Positions 26,814 through 34,398 of a stretch of DNA of 34,398 nt are shown piece after piece. The position numbers were made by a program, and so were the translations under genes. Position 1 is the first letter of the stretch, and each line of letters opens with the position of its first letter. The stretch is taken from contig JAJCYU010000315.1 in the NCBI GenBank assembly GCA_029262755.1, positions 1 to 34,398 of the forward strand, in the 5' to 3' direction. The notes below the pieces were generated by a model that was given only the letters and a program-made list of their open reading frames with translations, was not told where the DNA came from and did not search any database. Origin of the DNA: Anaerolineae bacterium. Its GTDB lineage: Bacteria > Chloroflexota > Anaerolineae > Epilineales > Epilineaceae.

Positions 26814-27908
26814 TCACGGTACATCGACACCCTCGAGGATGCGCTCGACGAGCCCGTCACCGCTGACTTCCTCGGCTTCGGCCTCGTAGCTGGGGATCAC
26901 GCGGTGTCGCAGTACGTCGGGCGCGATGGCCTTCACGTCGTCCGGCGTGACGAAGCCGCGTCCGTCGAGGAAGGCATGGGCGCGCGCGGTCATGACCAGG
27001 TAGATGCCGGCGCGTGGCGAGGCCCCGTACTCGATGAGGCCTCTCAGCTCCGGCAAGCCGAAGGCGGCCGGATCGCGGCTGGCACCGACCAGATCGAGCA
27101 CGTACTCCTTGATCTTGTCATCCACGTAGATCCCGCGGGCCACCTCACGCGCGCTCAAGAGCTGCTCCGGCGTGACCACGGCCTTGGCCTCCGGCAACGC
27201 CGCGCCCGTCATGCGGTCGATGATCAGCCGCTCCTCGGCCCGGGCCGGGTATCCGACGTTGACCTTCATCATGAAGCGGTCCACCTGCGCTTCGGGCAGC
27301 GGGTAGGTGCCCTCCTGCTCGATCGGATTCTGCGTGGCGAGCACGAGGAAGAGGGCGGGGAGCGGGTAGGTGACATCCCCGATCGTGACCTGACGCTCCT
27401 GCATGGCCTCCAGCAGCGCGCTCTGCACCTTGGCCGGCGCGCGGTTCACCTCATCGGCCAACACGAGGTTGGTGAAGACCGGCCCCTTGTGCACGGTGAA
27501 CTCGGTCGCCTTCGGGTCGTAGATCAACGTTCCGACCAGGTCGGCGGGGAGAAGATCGGGCGTGAACTGAATCCGCGAAAAGTCCGCCTCGATCGCCTGT
27601 GCCACCGTCTTGACCAACAGTGTCTTAGCCAACCCAGGGACACCCTCGAGCAGGACATGCCCATCGGCCAGCAACGCGATGAGCATCCGATCGACCAGAT
27701 CGCGCTGCCCGACGACGACGTTGGAGATCTCGTCGACGAGACGATCGACGAAGCCCGCGTTCTCCGCGACGCGCTGCGTGATGCGCCGAACCTGCTCATG
27801 GCGCTCATCGGGACGCACGGAAATCACGGCCGGGGCCGTCGTCGGATCCTCTGCCGGATCCTCCGCCGCGTTCACGGTGGGGCTGGGTGCCGGTTCCATC
27901 TCGCTCAT
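26814..27908 (-). CDS. moxR: MoxR family AAA+ ATPase
   Basis: GHVLLEGVPGLAKT, RIQFTPDLLPAD, LADEVNRAPAKVQSALLEAMQE, ATQNPIEQEGTYPLPEAQVDRF and GASPR motifs. AGGAG SD before ATG 27908. Confidence 0.96.
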   Translation of the reverse strand: MSEMEPAPSPTVNAAEDPAEDPTTAPAVISVRPDERHEQVRRITQRVAENAGFVDRLVDEISNVVVGQRDLVDRMLIALLADGHVLLEGVPGLAKTLLVKTVAQAIEADFSRIQFTPDLLPADLVGTLIYDPKATEFTVHKGPVFTNLVLADEVNRAPAKVQSALLEAMQERQVTIGDVTYPLPALFLVLATQNPIEQEGTYPLPEAQVDRFMMKVNVGYPARAEERLIIDRMTGAALPEAKAVVTPEQLLSAREVARGIYVDDKIKEYVLDLVGASRDPAAFGLPELRGLIEYGASPRAGIYLVMTARAHAFLDGRGFVTPDDVKAIAPDVLRHRVIPSYEAEAEEVSGDGLVERILEGVDVP

Positions 27909-28004
27909 GCCGGTCTCCTGGCGGGAAAGCGGGTCCGGATCGAGCCGTCGAACCCGCACGTCAAACAACGCGCGCGCCGGACGTCGCTCCGCCCAGCGCG
28001 GCAA

Positions 28005-28015
28005 AGTATGGCACA
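28005..28015 (-). promoter_or_regulatory. Candidate extended -10 (TGTGC-CATACT) for the moxR-bat operon
   Basis: Minus-strand TG-n-CATACT about 97 nt upstream of the moxR ATG. No clear -35. Confidence 0.35.
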
Positions 28016-28574
28016 GGGTCGGGGTTGGTCTCGTTCGCGAGACGATGGCAGCAAGCCAAGCCCCGCTCTGGGGGCTCCGAGGCGGCGGATGTGAGTGAAT
28101 TCTGCGGCACCGGCCACACGATATTGCCGCCCAACGGAACCGGGGCTGTGGTGGAACCCATGCCCTACCTCGAGGGTGCCGCTCGACCGTCTCTGTCATG
28201 GGATGGCCCGTGCATCGGCGCATCATGGTCAGCCGGCCGTCAAGTGCTGTCCCGAAGCACGGGTTTAGCATGACGTATGCTTGCAATCCGGATTTACGAA
28301 TAACAGTAAAAAGGGGGAGGTGTCGTCATGAGTGATCCGTACTAGTAGGAGCAACACGAAGTTCGCATGGTTAAGTTGCGTCGCGACAGCCTTGGTTCTA
28401 CATCGCGGGCTAGCGTAGCGGTCCAAGCATTCTTCTACATCCGACGCCATTTGTGGGTCGTCGCGCTCTTCCCGTCGCGGGTGGGCGCGACCCCTAAGCT
28501 ACCTCGCAACCGAGAAGCGGTTGTGTCATCGATGCACCCGCAACTCAATGCGAGCAACGATCGAGAGGTGCTGA

Positions 28575-30629
28575 ATGTTGCGTTCTGTAAAGAATCTTGC
28601 AAGCCTTCTGCTTACCGTTTTGCTCGTCGGCATCATGTTTCCTTCGACTGCCTACAACCAAGAAGACCGCTCGAAAACCGTATACCTGCCGATCACCGCG
28701 ATGAACGCAAACGTTGGAATCCCCTCCGCGACCGGGGTTCCCCCGGCCTCGGGTCCTCGTTGGCAGTACCTCACCAACACAAACTTGATTACGGACATCG
28801 CCATCGACGAAGCCGCCCGTCGCGTGTGGGCGGTGGGCCGTTTCGGAGCCGTGGCGTGGGACATGGATTCGGGTACATCCACGTTCTATTCGATCGCCGA
28901 CGGACTCCCTTCCCACTGGCTGTCCTCCGTCCTCGTTACACGTTCCGGCGAAACGTGGGTCGGCGCACGCGGCGCCGGTGCGGCCCATCTTGGCGAAGAC
29001 GGGCGCTGGCATGCTGATCCGGTTACGAACGACGGACCAGCAGATGTGCTCACGATCGTCGAGGATGATGAAGGTGGACTGTGGTTCGGGACGTTGTATG
29101 GCGCACACCGTCGCGCTCCCGATGGAAACTGGAGCCACGACACACGCGAAACCGGTGGACCAGGAGGAGCGGTCCTCAGCATCGCCGAAGATCGCGAAGG
29201 CAAGACCTGGTTCGGTCTCTACTTCGGCGGTTTGAGCGTCCTGCACCCCGACGGATCTTGGGAGCAACTGCGCGTCGGACAGGACGCGGACGGCGGCCTC
29301 GACGACACGGTGTTCGACCTGGAGGTCGATCCGCAGGGCCAACTCTGGGTCGTCTCGGCACGGTATGTCGACCATAGCGCCCGTCCTCGGGTTAGCATTC
29401 GTTCCGGAGACGGCAGGTGGTCCGAGTTCGATGTCGAGGGCTGGGTCGAGAACGCCGCGATTCGGGCCGTCGCCTTCGACGCTGCGGGGCAGCCGTTCTT
29501 CGCGGCGGACAACGGACTGTTCGTGCCCCGGGCGGACAGCTCTTGGCACCGCCTCGGCGTCGCTGAAGGACTAGCGGGAGACTTCGCCACCAGCCTTTCC
29601 TTCGATCGAGATGGCAACTTGTGGGCTGCCGCCCTCGGTGGTCTCTCTCGACTGGGGAGCGACGGAGCCTTGCAGATGCTCCGCCGTGGCGGGCTGCGAG
29701 GCCAAAGTCTGCACGGCCTAGCCTTCGACGAGAAGGGCAACACCTTTATCGCGGCGGAGGGCCTCGCCACCATCGATGCAAGCGGTAGTTGGAGCTACCT
29801 CACCACCGAAGACGGCTTGATCCAAAAGACCGTGAAGGCGCTCGCCTACGACGCAGATGCCGGCTTGTGGTTCGCGACGAGTCTCGACGGCTACCGGGAT
29901 GACAAGGACGTGGGGGGCGTGCATCACCTCAGTCAGGACGGCGAGCTGAACCACTACTCGAGAGCTGATGGTCTTCATTCCGCGCAGGTCACCGACATCG
30001 CTATCGATGCGGAGCGCACGGCCTTCTTTGCCTCGAAATCCTACTGCTATGCCCCGAAACAATGTCGAGAGGGCGGCCTGACCATCCGTACGGCCGACGG
30101 CAGTTGGTCCTTCCTCCCGCGTGGAAGCGGTCCGCCCGGAGGTGGCGATATCGAGGCGCTGCTCGTGGACGCGGATCAAAGCCTCTGGGTAGGAAGCCGC
30201 GCGATAGCGGGCGGGTCCGGTGAAGTCCTGACGCGTCGCCATCCCAACGGTCTTTGGGCGACGGTATCGCTGCCGCCTTCCGCGGGAAGGGTCAACATCG
30301 CCGATCTAGCGATCGGTCCCAATGGGAGTCTGTGGGTCGGGACGCTACGCGGCGTATTCGTTCGCGACGTCAAGGGCCAATGGACCACACCGTTGGAGGA
30401 GCCGGCGCTGGCCTTCGCAGCCATATCCATCGCGAGTGATGCGCAAGGAGCGCTTTGGTTCTTGAGCCCGGAGGGGGTCCACATCCTCCACGCTGACGGC
30501 CGTTGGGAGTCCATGACCACCGACGACGGTCTGACGGACGAGGTGCTCTCGGACATCGCCGTCGCACCCGACGGCACGATCTGGTTCTCGGACAACGCGG
30601 GGACTATCTCGATCCTCGATCGACGCTAA
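28575..30629 (+). CDS. Secreted beta-propeller protein (two-component regulator propeller / ligand-binding sensor-like repeats), stand-alone
   Basis: SD GAGAGG and a signal peptide. Many [IL]..D..G.LW[FV]G and DGL....V repeats. No TM helix or kinase domain at the C-terminus. KTVYLPI motif follows the signal peptide. Confidence 0.85.
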   Translation: MLRSVKNLASLLLTVLLVGIMFPSTAYNQEDRSKTVYLPITAMNANVGIPSATGVPPASGPRWQYLTNTNLITDIAIDEAARRVWAVGRFGAVAWDMDSGTSTFYSIADGLPSHWLSSVLVTRSGETWVGARGAGAAHLGEDGRWHADPVTNDGPADVLTIVEDDEGGLWFGTLYGAHRRAPDGNWSHDTRETGGPGGAVLSIAEDREGKTWFGLYFGGLSVLHPDGSWEQLRVGQDADGGLDDTVFDLEVDPQGQLWVVSARYVDHSARPRVSIRSGDGRWSEFDVEGWVENAAIRAVAFDAAGQPFFAADNGLFVPRADSSWHRLGVAEGLAGDFATSLSFDRDGNLWAAALGGLSRLGSDGALQMLRRGGLRGQSLHGLAFDEKGNTFIAAEGLATIDASGSWSYLTTEDGLIQKTVKALAYDADAGLWFATSLDGYRDDKDVGGVHHLSQDGELNHYSRADGLHSAQVTDIAIDAERTAFFASKSYCYAPKQCREGGLTIRTADGSWSFLPRGSGPPGGGDIEALLVDADQSLWVGSRAIAGGSGEVLTRRHPNGLWATVSLPPSAGRVNIADLAIGPNGSLWVGTLRGVFVRDVKGQWTTPLEEPALAFAAISIASDAQGALWFLSPEGVHILHADGRWESMTTDDGLTDEVLSDIAVAPDGTIWFSDNAGTISILDRR

Positions 30630-30668
30630 GGGCTCGTCAAAAGTACGAGGCAGATACCGAGGGCGCGA

Positions 30669-30703
30669 CCGGCCGGTGGCGGTACCGAACCGCCGCCGGC
30701 CGG
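30669..30703. terminator. Strong hairpin between convergent genes (possible bidirectional terminator)
   Basis: CCGGCCGGTGGCGGT-accga-ACCGCCGCCGGCCGG forms a 15-bp stem with one G-U pair. No clear U-tract. Confidence 0.5.
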
Positions 30704-30899
30704 CGAGTTGCCGAGGATAACCGCCTTCCGGTCTCGTCCATCGACGTGTGTTGCGGCACCGAATGCAACGCGAGCAAGTCGCGTTGTATTGGTTGAGGAT
30801 GGCGCGATTCCGGGCTTGCGCAGCACACTCGCCTTGAGAGGCTCATACCCGGCTGACGATTGTCCGTCCCGGATTGGCCGCATGCGGCCGGTCCCGCAA

Positions 30900-33104
30900 C
30901 TACGGGCACTCCGACAGGCGGCCCGCGATCGCGCGATAGATGTCAGCAAGGTCCTCGCCGTCCGGCGCGAAGAAGAAATCGCCGGGGCGGCTGGCGGCTT
31001 CGCGCAGAAGGGCGTCGAGCACGTCGCTGCGCTCGCCTAGGCCGACGGTAAACAGCCGCGTGCCGGCGGCCTTCACGCGTAGCGCGGCGCCGAGCACCGT
31101 GGCTTCCTGATTGCCGCCGGGCGGGAAGGGCACGCGGTTCGGCAGGCCGTCGGTGAGCAGGATCATCACGGGCTCGTGCAGGGCCTCCCGCGGGCCCGCC
31201 TCGATCACCGCCTGGCCCTGCGCCAGCGCAAGGTCGATGCGCGTGCCCTCCTGGATGCGCGCGACGAGCCCGTCGATGGCCATACCAATAGCGGCGCGGT
31301 CGCGCGACAGACCAATCGACGTCCAAGCCACATCGTTGAAGCCGGCGATGCCGATGCGATCGGTGCGCTCGGCGGCCCCCGCCGAGCGATCGTTCGCGGC
31401 GGGCTCGAGCTGCATCAGGTCGGCGAAGCGCCGTGCGGCGTCCAAGGCCGCCTCGTGCTTGCTGCGGCCCGCGCGGGTGCTCCGGTACATGGAGGTCGAC
31501 ATGTCCAAGACCAGCACCGCGTCGGTGTAGATGCTCTCGGGCTTGCAGGGCACGTTGTCGATCAGCGGAATGTAGATCTGCCGCGTCCACGGTGTCGGCG
31601 TGGCGGCGGGCGTTGCGGTCGCCGTCGGAGTCGGGCTCGGGCTCGCCGTCGGACTCGGCGTCGAGGTGGACGTCGAGGTGCTGGTCGGCGTGGCGATGCC
31701 GGCCGGGCACAAGCGCTCGACATCGCCCAACCCGTTGGCCTTGGCGAAGTTCAGGCCGTCGGGCATCGCGTAGAGCTCCTCGCGTGCCACCGGGGCGCCG
31801 CCCGCGTTCTCGAACCAGAAGGCGCCGCCCGTGTAGATCCGGAGCGGGCTGAGCCCCGTCATCACCACCCGATCCAGGGCCAGGACGCGTCCGAGGCCGC
31901 CGAAAGAGGTCTCGCCGTGGCCGGTCGATGCGTCGATGAAGGTCTCCGGGGGCGGGATGAGCACCACCCAGCGGTCGTCGCTTGCGTCCCCGGACGGGCC
32001 GAGCTGCCGGCGTGCCAGCAGAATGTCCCCGGCCGGGCGGCCTGGCAGCTCACCCGGCGGATTGCCGTTGCTGTGGTCGTCCATGAAGGTCATGTCGCCC
32101 AAGCGGTCGCGGATGCCCAGGATCATGTGCCCGTCGTCGCTGAACTCGATGTCCGAGATCATCGGCATGGGGTCGCGGCCGCTCTGCCACTGGAAGCTGT
32201 CGTGCCAGGGGCTGAAGGGCGGCTCGATCCCGTCGCGGGGGTAGGCCAGCTCGAAGGAGGCCACCTCGCGCATCCCGCTTCCATCGAGGTCGGAGGCGTA
32301 CACGAAGCCTTGCAGGTCGCGGTCCGCGCCCGAGTCCTCCGCGGCGCGCACGACCGCGTGGAACAGCCGGCCTTGCCACACCTTCAGCCCGAAGGGCCGC
32401 GCCTCGTCTTCCCAGCGCAGCCCGACGGCCCCGATGTCGATGGCCCCGAGCGCCGTCCCGTCGCGCGTGCGGAAGCGGTGGATGCGCCGGTCGAAGAGGT
32501 TCATCACGAACAGGACCTCGCCGCTACCGTCCAGATCGATGTCGCCGAGCGAAGTCCGGCCCACCTTGCGAATGGCGATGGTGTCCGGCCAGTAGTCGCG
32601 CGCGGCGTTGTGATGATTTGCCCCGACGTCGGGCACGTCGGCGAAGGTCTCGAGCCGATCGGTCTCGAGGTCGTAGCGGTAGACGGCGCCGGGCCCGCCC
32701 GGCCCGTACGCGCTGCCGCGCTTCTGGTAGGCGCCAATGTACACGTGGGACGAGCCAGGTTGGTGCGCCAGCCCATAGGTGGCGCCCACCTGCTCCGAGC
32801 GCAGCAACACGTGGTGGTCCGAATCGTCCGGCGTGTCGCTAAAAGCCACCACCGCCGCCTCGCCGCGCGTGTCCCCGATGGCGAAGCAGGTCGTGACGAA
32901 GAAGGGGTTGTCGCCGGCGCAATCTCGGCCGAATCGTTCTAGAAGCTCCGGGTCCACGCGCACGCGGTCGACGTCGTGGTGCGAGTAGGCGAGGGCGGGC
33001 ACCGGAATCGAGCGGGAGAGAGGCAGGGGGTCGCGCGCGAGTCCATGGAGCGTTGCAATGGATAGTACGGTGAACGAGGCCACGAGTGCGAAGTACTTGA
33101 TCAT
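30900..33104 (-). CDS. Secreted protein: propeller-like N-terminal region + Pro/Thr linker + C-terminal vWA domain
   Basis: AGGAG SD before ATG 33104 and a signal peptide. GATYGLA, SLGDIDL, RPFGL and ISDIEF repeats, PT linker, RQIYIPLI, MIDAS DMSTSM, GTRID and LLTDG. Confidence 0.85.
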   Translation of the reverse strand: MIKYFALVASFTVLSIATLHGLARDPLPLSRSIPVPALAYSHHDVDRVRVDPELLERFGRDCAGDNPFFVTTCFAIGDTRGEAAVVAFSDTPDDSDHHVLLRSEQVGATYGLAHQPGSSHVYIGAYQKRGSAYGPGGPGAVYRYDLETDRLETFADVPDVGANHHNAARDYWPDTIAIRKVGRTSLGDIDLDGSGEVLFVMNLFDRRIHRFRTRDGTALGAIDIGAVGLRWEDEARPFGLKVWQGRLFHAVVRAAEDSGADRDLQGFVYASDLDGSGMREVASFELAYPRDGIEPPFSPWHDSFQWQSGRDPMPMISDIEFSDDGHMILGIRDRLGDMTFMDDHSNGNPPGELPGRPAGDILLARRQLGPSGDASDDRWVVLIPPPETFIDASTGHGETSFGGLGRVLALDRVVMTGLSPLRIYTGGAFWFENAGGAPVAREELYAMPDGLNFAKANGLGDVERLCPAGIATPTSTSTSTSTPSPTASPSPTPTATATPAATPTPWTRQIYIPLIDNVPCKPESIYTDAVLVLDMSTSMYRSTRAGRSKHEAALDAARRFADLMQLEPAANDRSAGAAERTDRIGIAGFNDVAWTSIGLSRDRAAIGMAIDGLVARIQEGTRIDLALAQGQAVIEAGPREALHEPVMILLTDGLPNRVPFPPGGNQEATVLGAALRVKAAGTRLFTVGLGERSDVLDALLREAASRPGDFFFAPDGEDLADIYRAIAGRLSECP
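31591..31694 (-). repeat. Low-complexity 6-bp-periodic repeat encoding a Pro/Thr/Ser linker
   Basis: Encodes ATPTSTSTSTSTPSPTASPSPTPTATATPAATPTP. Confidence 0.8.
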
Positions 33105-33164
33105 TGGGGGCTCCTGGCGGGGCTCCGGTCGCCCTCCCCGGATCGTGCGGGCAGACACGGAACG

Positions 33165-33170
33165 ATCATA
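33165..33170 (-). promoter_or_regulatory. Candidate -10 element (TATGAT) for the vWA gene
   Basis: Near-consensus hexamer in a GC-rich context, about 60 nt upstream of ATG 33104. The -35 is weak. Confidence 0.35.
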
Positions 33171-33286
33171 CCGGCATCCGGAGCGCGCGAACCAGTGGCC
33201 GCCGCCCTAGATGCCAATCGTCCCCATCGCTTCGGCCCCCCATTGTTTGGTCTTCGCAGGACTGGATGCGCCCATACCCACCCGAC

Positions 33287-34398
33287 TCAGCGCTCCGCCA
33301 CCACCACCCGAAAGCCGTAGTTGTCGTTCGCGTAGTCCGGATGGTTGAAGTCGCGGAACGCCGTGCGGGCGATCGGGTGTGCGTTGTTCCACGCGCCGCC
33401 CCGTACGACGCGGCGGACGTCGGGTGGGGCGTCCGCGTCCTCGCGGCCGTCGGTCGCGTCGTAGGGGTAGGGGAACTCCGTTTCGTACTCGTCCACCGCG
33501 CTGTCCCCGTAGAGGCTCAGCGTCCACTCGAAGACGTTTCCGCTGAGGTCGTCGATGCCTTCGGGCGTCCGGCCGTCGGGGAAAGCGCCAACTGGGGTCG
33601 TTCGGTTCACATGCGTTTCGAGGGTGTTGGCCATTAGCCGGTCGAACGCCCCGCCGTGGGCGTAGGCTCGCGCCTCGGTCCCGCGCGCGGCCGCTTCCCA
33701 CTCGACCTCCGTCGGCAAGCGCACCGCCAGGCCAGACTGCTCGGCAAGCCAGGCACAGTAGGCCCGCGCCTCGTACCAGCACAGCCCCACGACCGGCTGC
33801 GACGGGTGGTTGAAGCGACCGTCGTGCCAGAAACGAGGTTCTGTCACCAGCCGCCCCTGGCCATGATCGGCGAGGGCCGCCTCGAAGCCCGCGTCGTCCA
33901 GCGCCATCCAGCCTTGCCACCGTGCGGCCACCTCGTCGCTAGCGAAGCGCTCCTCCGCGACCATCTGCCTCAGCAGCTCCGGTTGGTCCTGAAAGCGTTT
34001 GCGCCAGGTGCGGTTGTTGGCCTTCTGCCCGGCGCTGGGCAACTCTCCCCGCCGCCAGGCACGCGCATCCGCCGTGGCCCACCAGCGCTCGTGCTCGTAG
34101 CCGCCGGCGGCAAGGAAGCAGGCGAATTCGGCGTGGGTCACGGGGAAGCGGCCGATCCGGAAGCCTCCGACGGTCACCGCGTGACGCGGGACGTGCGCGG
34201 CGGCCTGCCCTTCCGCGCCCATAAAGGCGTATACGATCGGCTCGTCGTCCCCGATCGGGTAGCGGCCGCCGGCCACCTCGACCAGCGGCGGCATCACGTA
34301 GGTGCCGTGGGGCCCTTCGCGACGTTCGAAGCGCGGGTCGCCCAACGTGCCGAGGGCCCGCCCGGCCTCGATCCGCGCGCGCAGGTCGAAGGCCGCGT
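33287..34398 (-). CDS. FGE-sulfatase (SUMF1/EgtB/PvdO, CLec-fold) domain protein, 5'-partial, probably the C-terminus of a larger multidomain protein
   Basis: Frame is open to the window edge (AAFDLRARIEAGRALGTLGDPRF). P.H.V....F.IGRFPVT.AEF, PVVGLCWYEA.AYC.WL, RLPTE.EWE.AARG, DLSGNVFEW, RVVRGGAW and GFRVV motifs. Lacks the catalytic Cys pair of true FGE. Confidence 0.9.
   Translation of the reverse strand, partial: AAFDLRARIEAGRALGTLGDPRFERREGPHGTYVMPPLVEVAGGRYPIGDDEPIVYAFMGAEGQAAAHVPRHAVTVGGFRIGRFPVTHAEFACFLAAGGYEHERWWATADARAWRRGELPSAGQKANNRTWRKRFQDQPELLRQMVAEERFASDEVAARWQGWMALDDAGFEAALADHGQGRLVTEPRFWHDGRFNHPSQPVVGLCWYEARAYCAWLAEQSGLAVRLPTEVEWEAAARGTEARAYAHGGAFDRLMANTLETHVNRTTPVGAFPDGRTPEGIDDLSGNVFEWTLSLYGDSAVDEYETEFPYPYDATDGREDADAPPDVRRVVRGGAWNNAHPIARTAFRDFNHPDYANDNYGFRVVVAER

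Noticed and set aside
26112..28094. Long plus-strand ORFs opposite real genes (also 9705-11417, 19875-21284, 31176-32942)
   Set aside because: Antisense shadow ORFs typical of high-GC coding DNA, with no motifs.
18622..33104. MoxR and vWA genes as a VMAP/iSTAND-type ternary conflict system
   Set aside because: Gene order and motifs match the ordinary Bat-type operon, with no VMAP or effector-associated domains; the extra vWA protein is secreted and separately transcribed.
1..34398. CRISPR array, IS/transposase, integrase, reverse transcriptase, DGR template repeat, rRNA
   Set aside because: No regularly spaced repeats, catalytic motifs or AAC-rich non-coding copy of the FGE C-terminus were seen on either strand.

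Overview
GC-rich bacterial chromosomal window, probably Chloroflexota. That assignment is inferred from the short [VI]-Y-[LI]-P-[LI]-like motifs and Pro/Thr linkers in the secreted proteins and from the FGE-sulfatase/STAND gene types. From left to right it holds: a 5'-partial STAND ATPase-TPR protein; a lipoprotein amidohydrolase; a SnoaL-like protein; a complete TIR-STAND-TPR (NLR-like) protein followed by a small orphan ORF and a probable frameshifted remnant; DUF2071; a methyltransferase-like gene with an RPH/PPS-like dikinase-fold enzyme; a secreted propeller-like protein; an APH-family kinase; a CPBP protease; two different type IV (AbiE) toxin-antitoxin modules fused tail-to-tail, the left one with a truncated toxin and both with promoter/operator-like motifs; an 8-gene moxR-DUF58-hyp-batA-batB-batC-batD-batE operon with repeat expansions at gene junctions; a stand-alone secreted Reg_prop-type propeller; a secreted propeller-PT linker-vWA protein; and the 3' part of an FGE-sulfatase (CLec-fold) protein whose end resembles a DGR variable region. 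I found no rRNA, tRNA, CRISPR array, transposase, integrase or reverse transcriptase. All family calls come from recognising motifs by eye, not from database searches.
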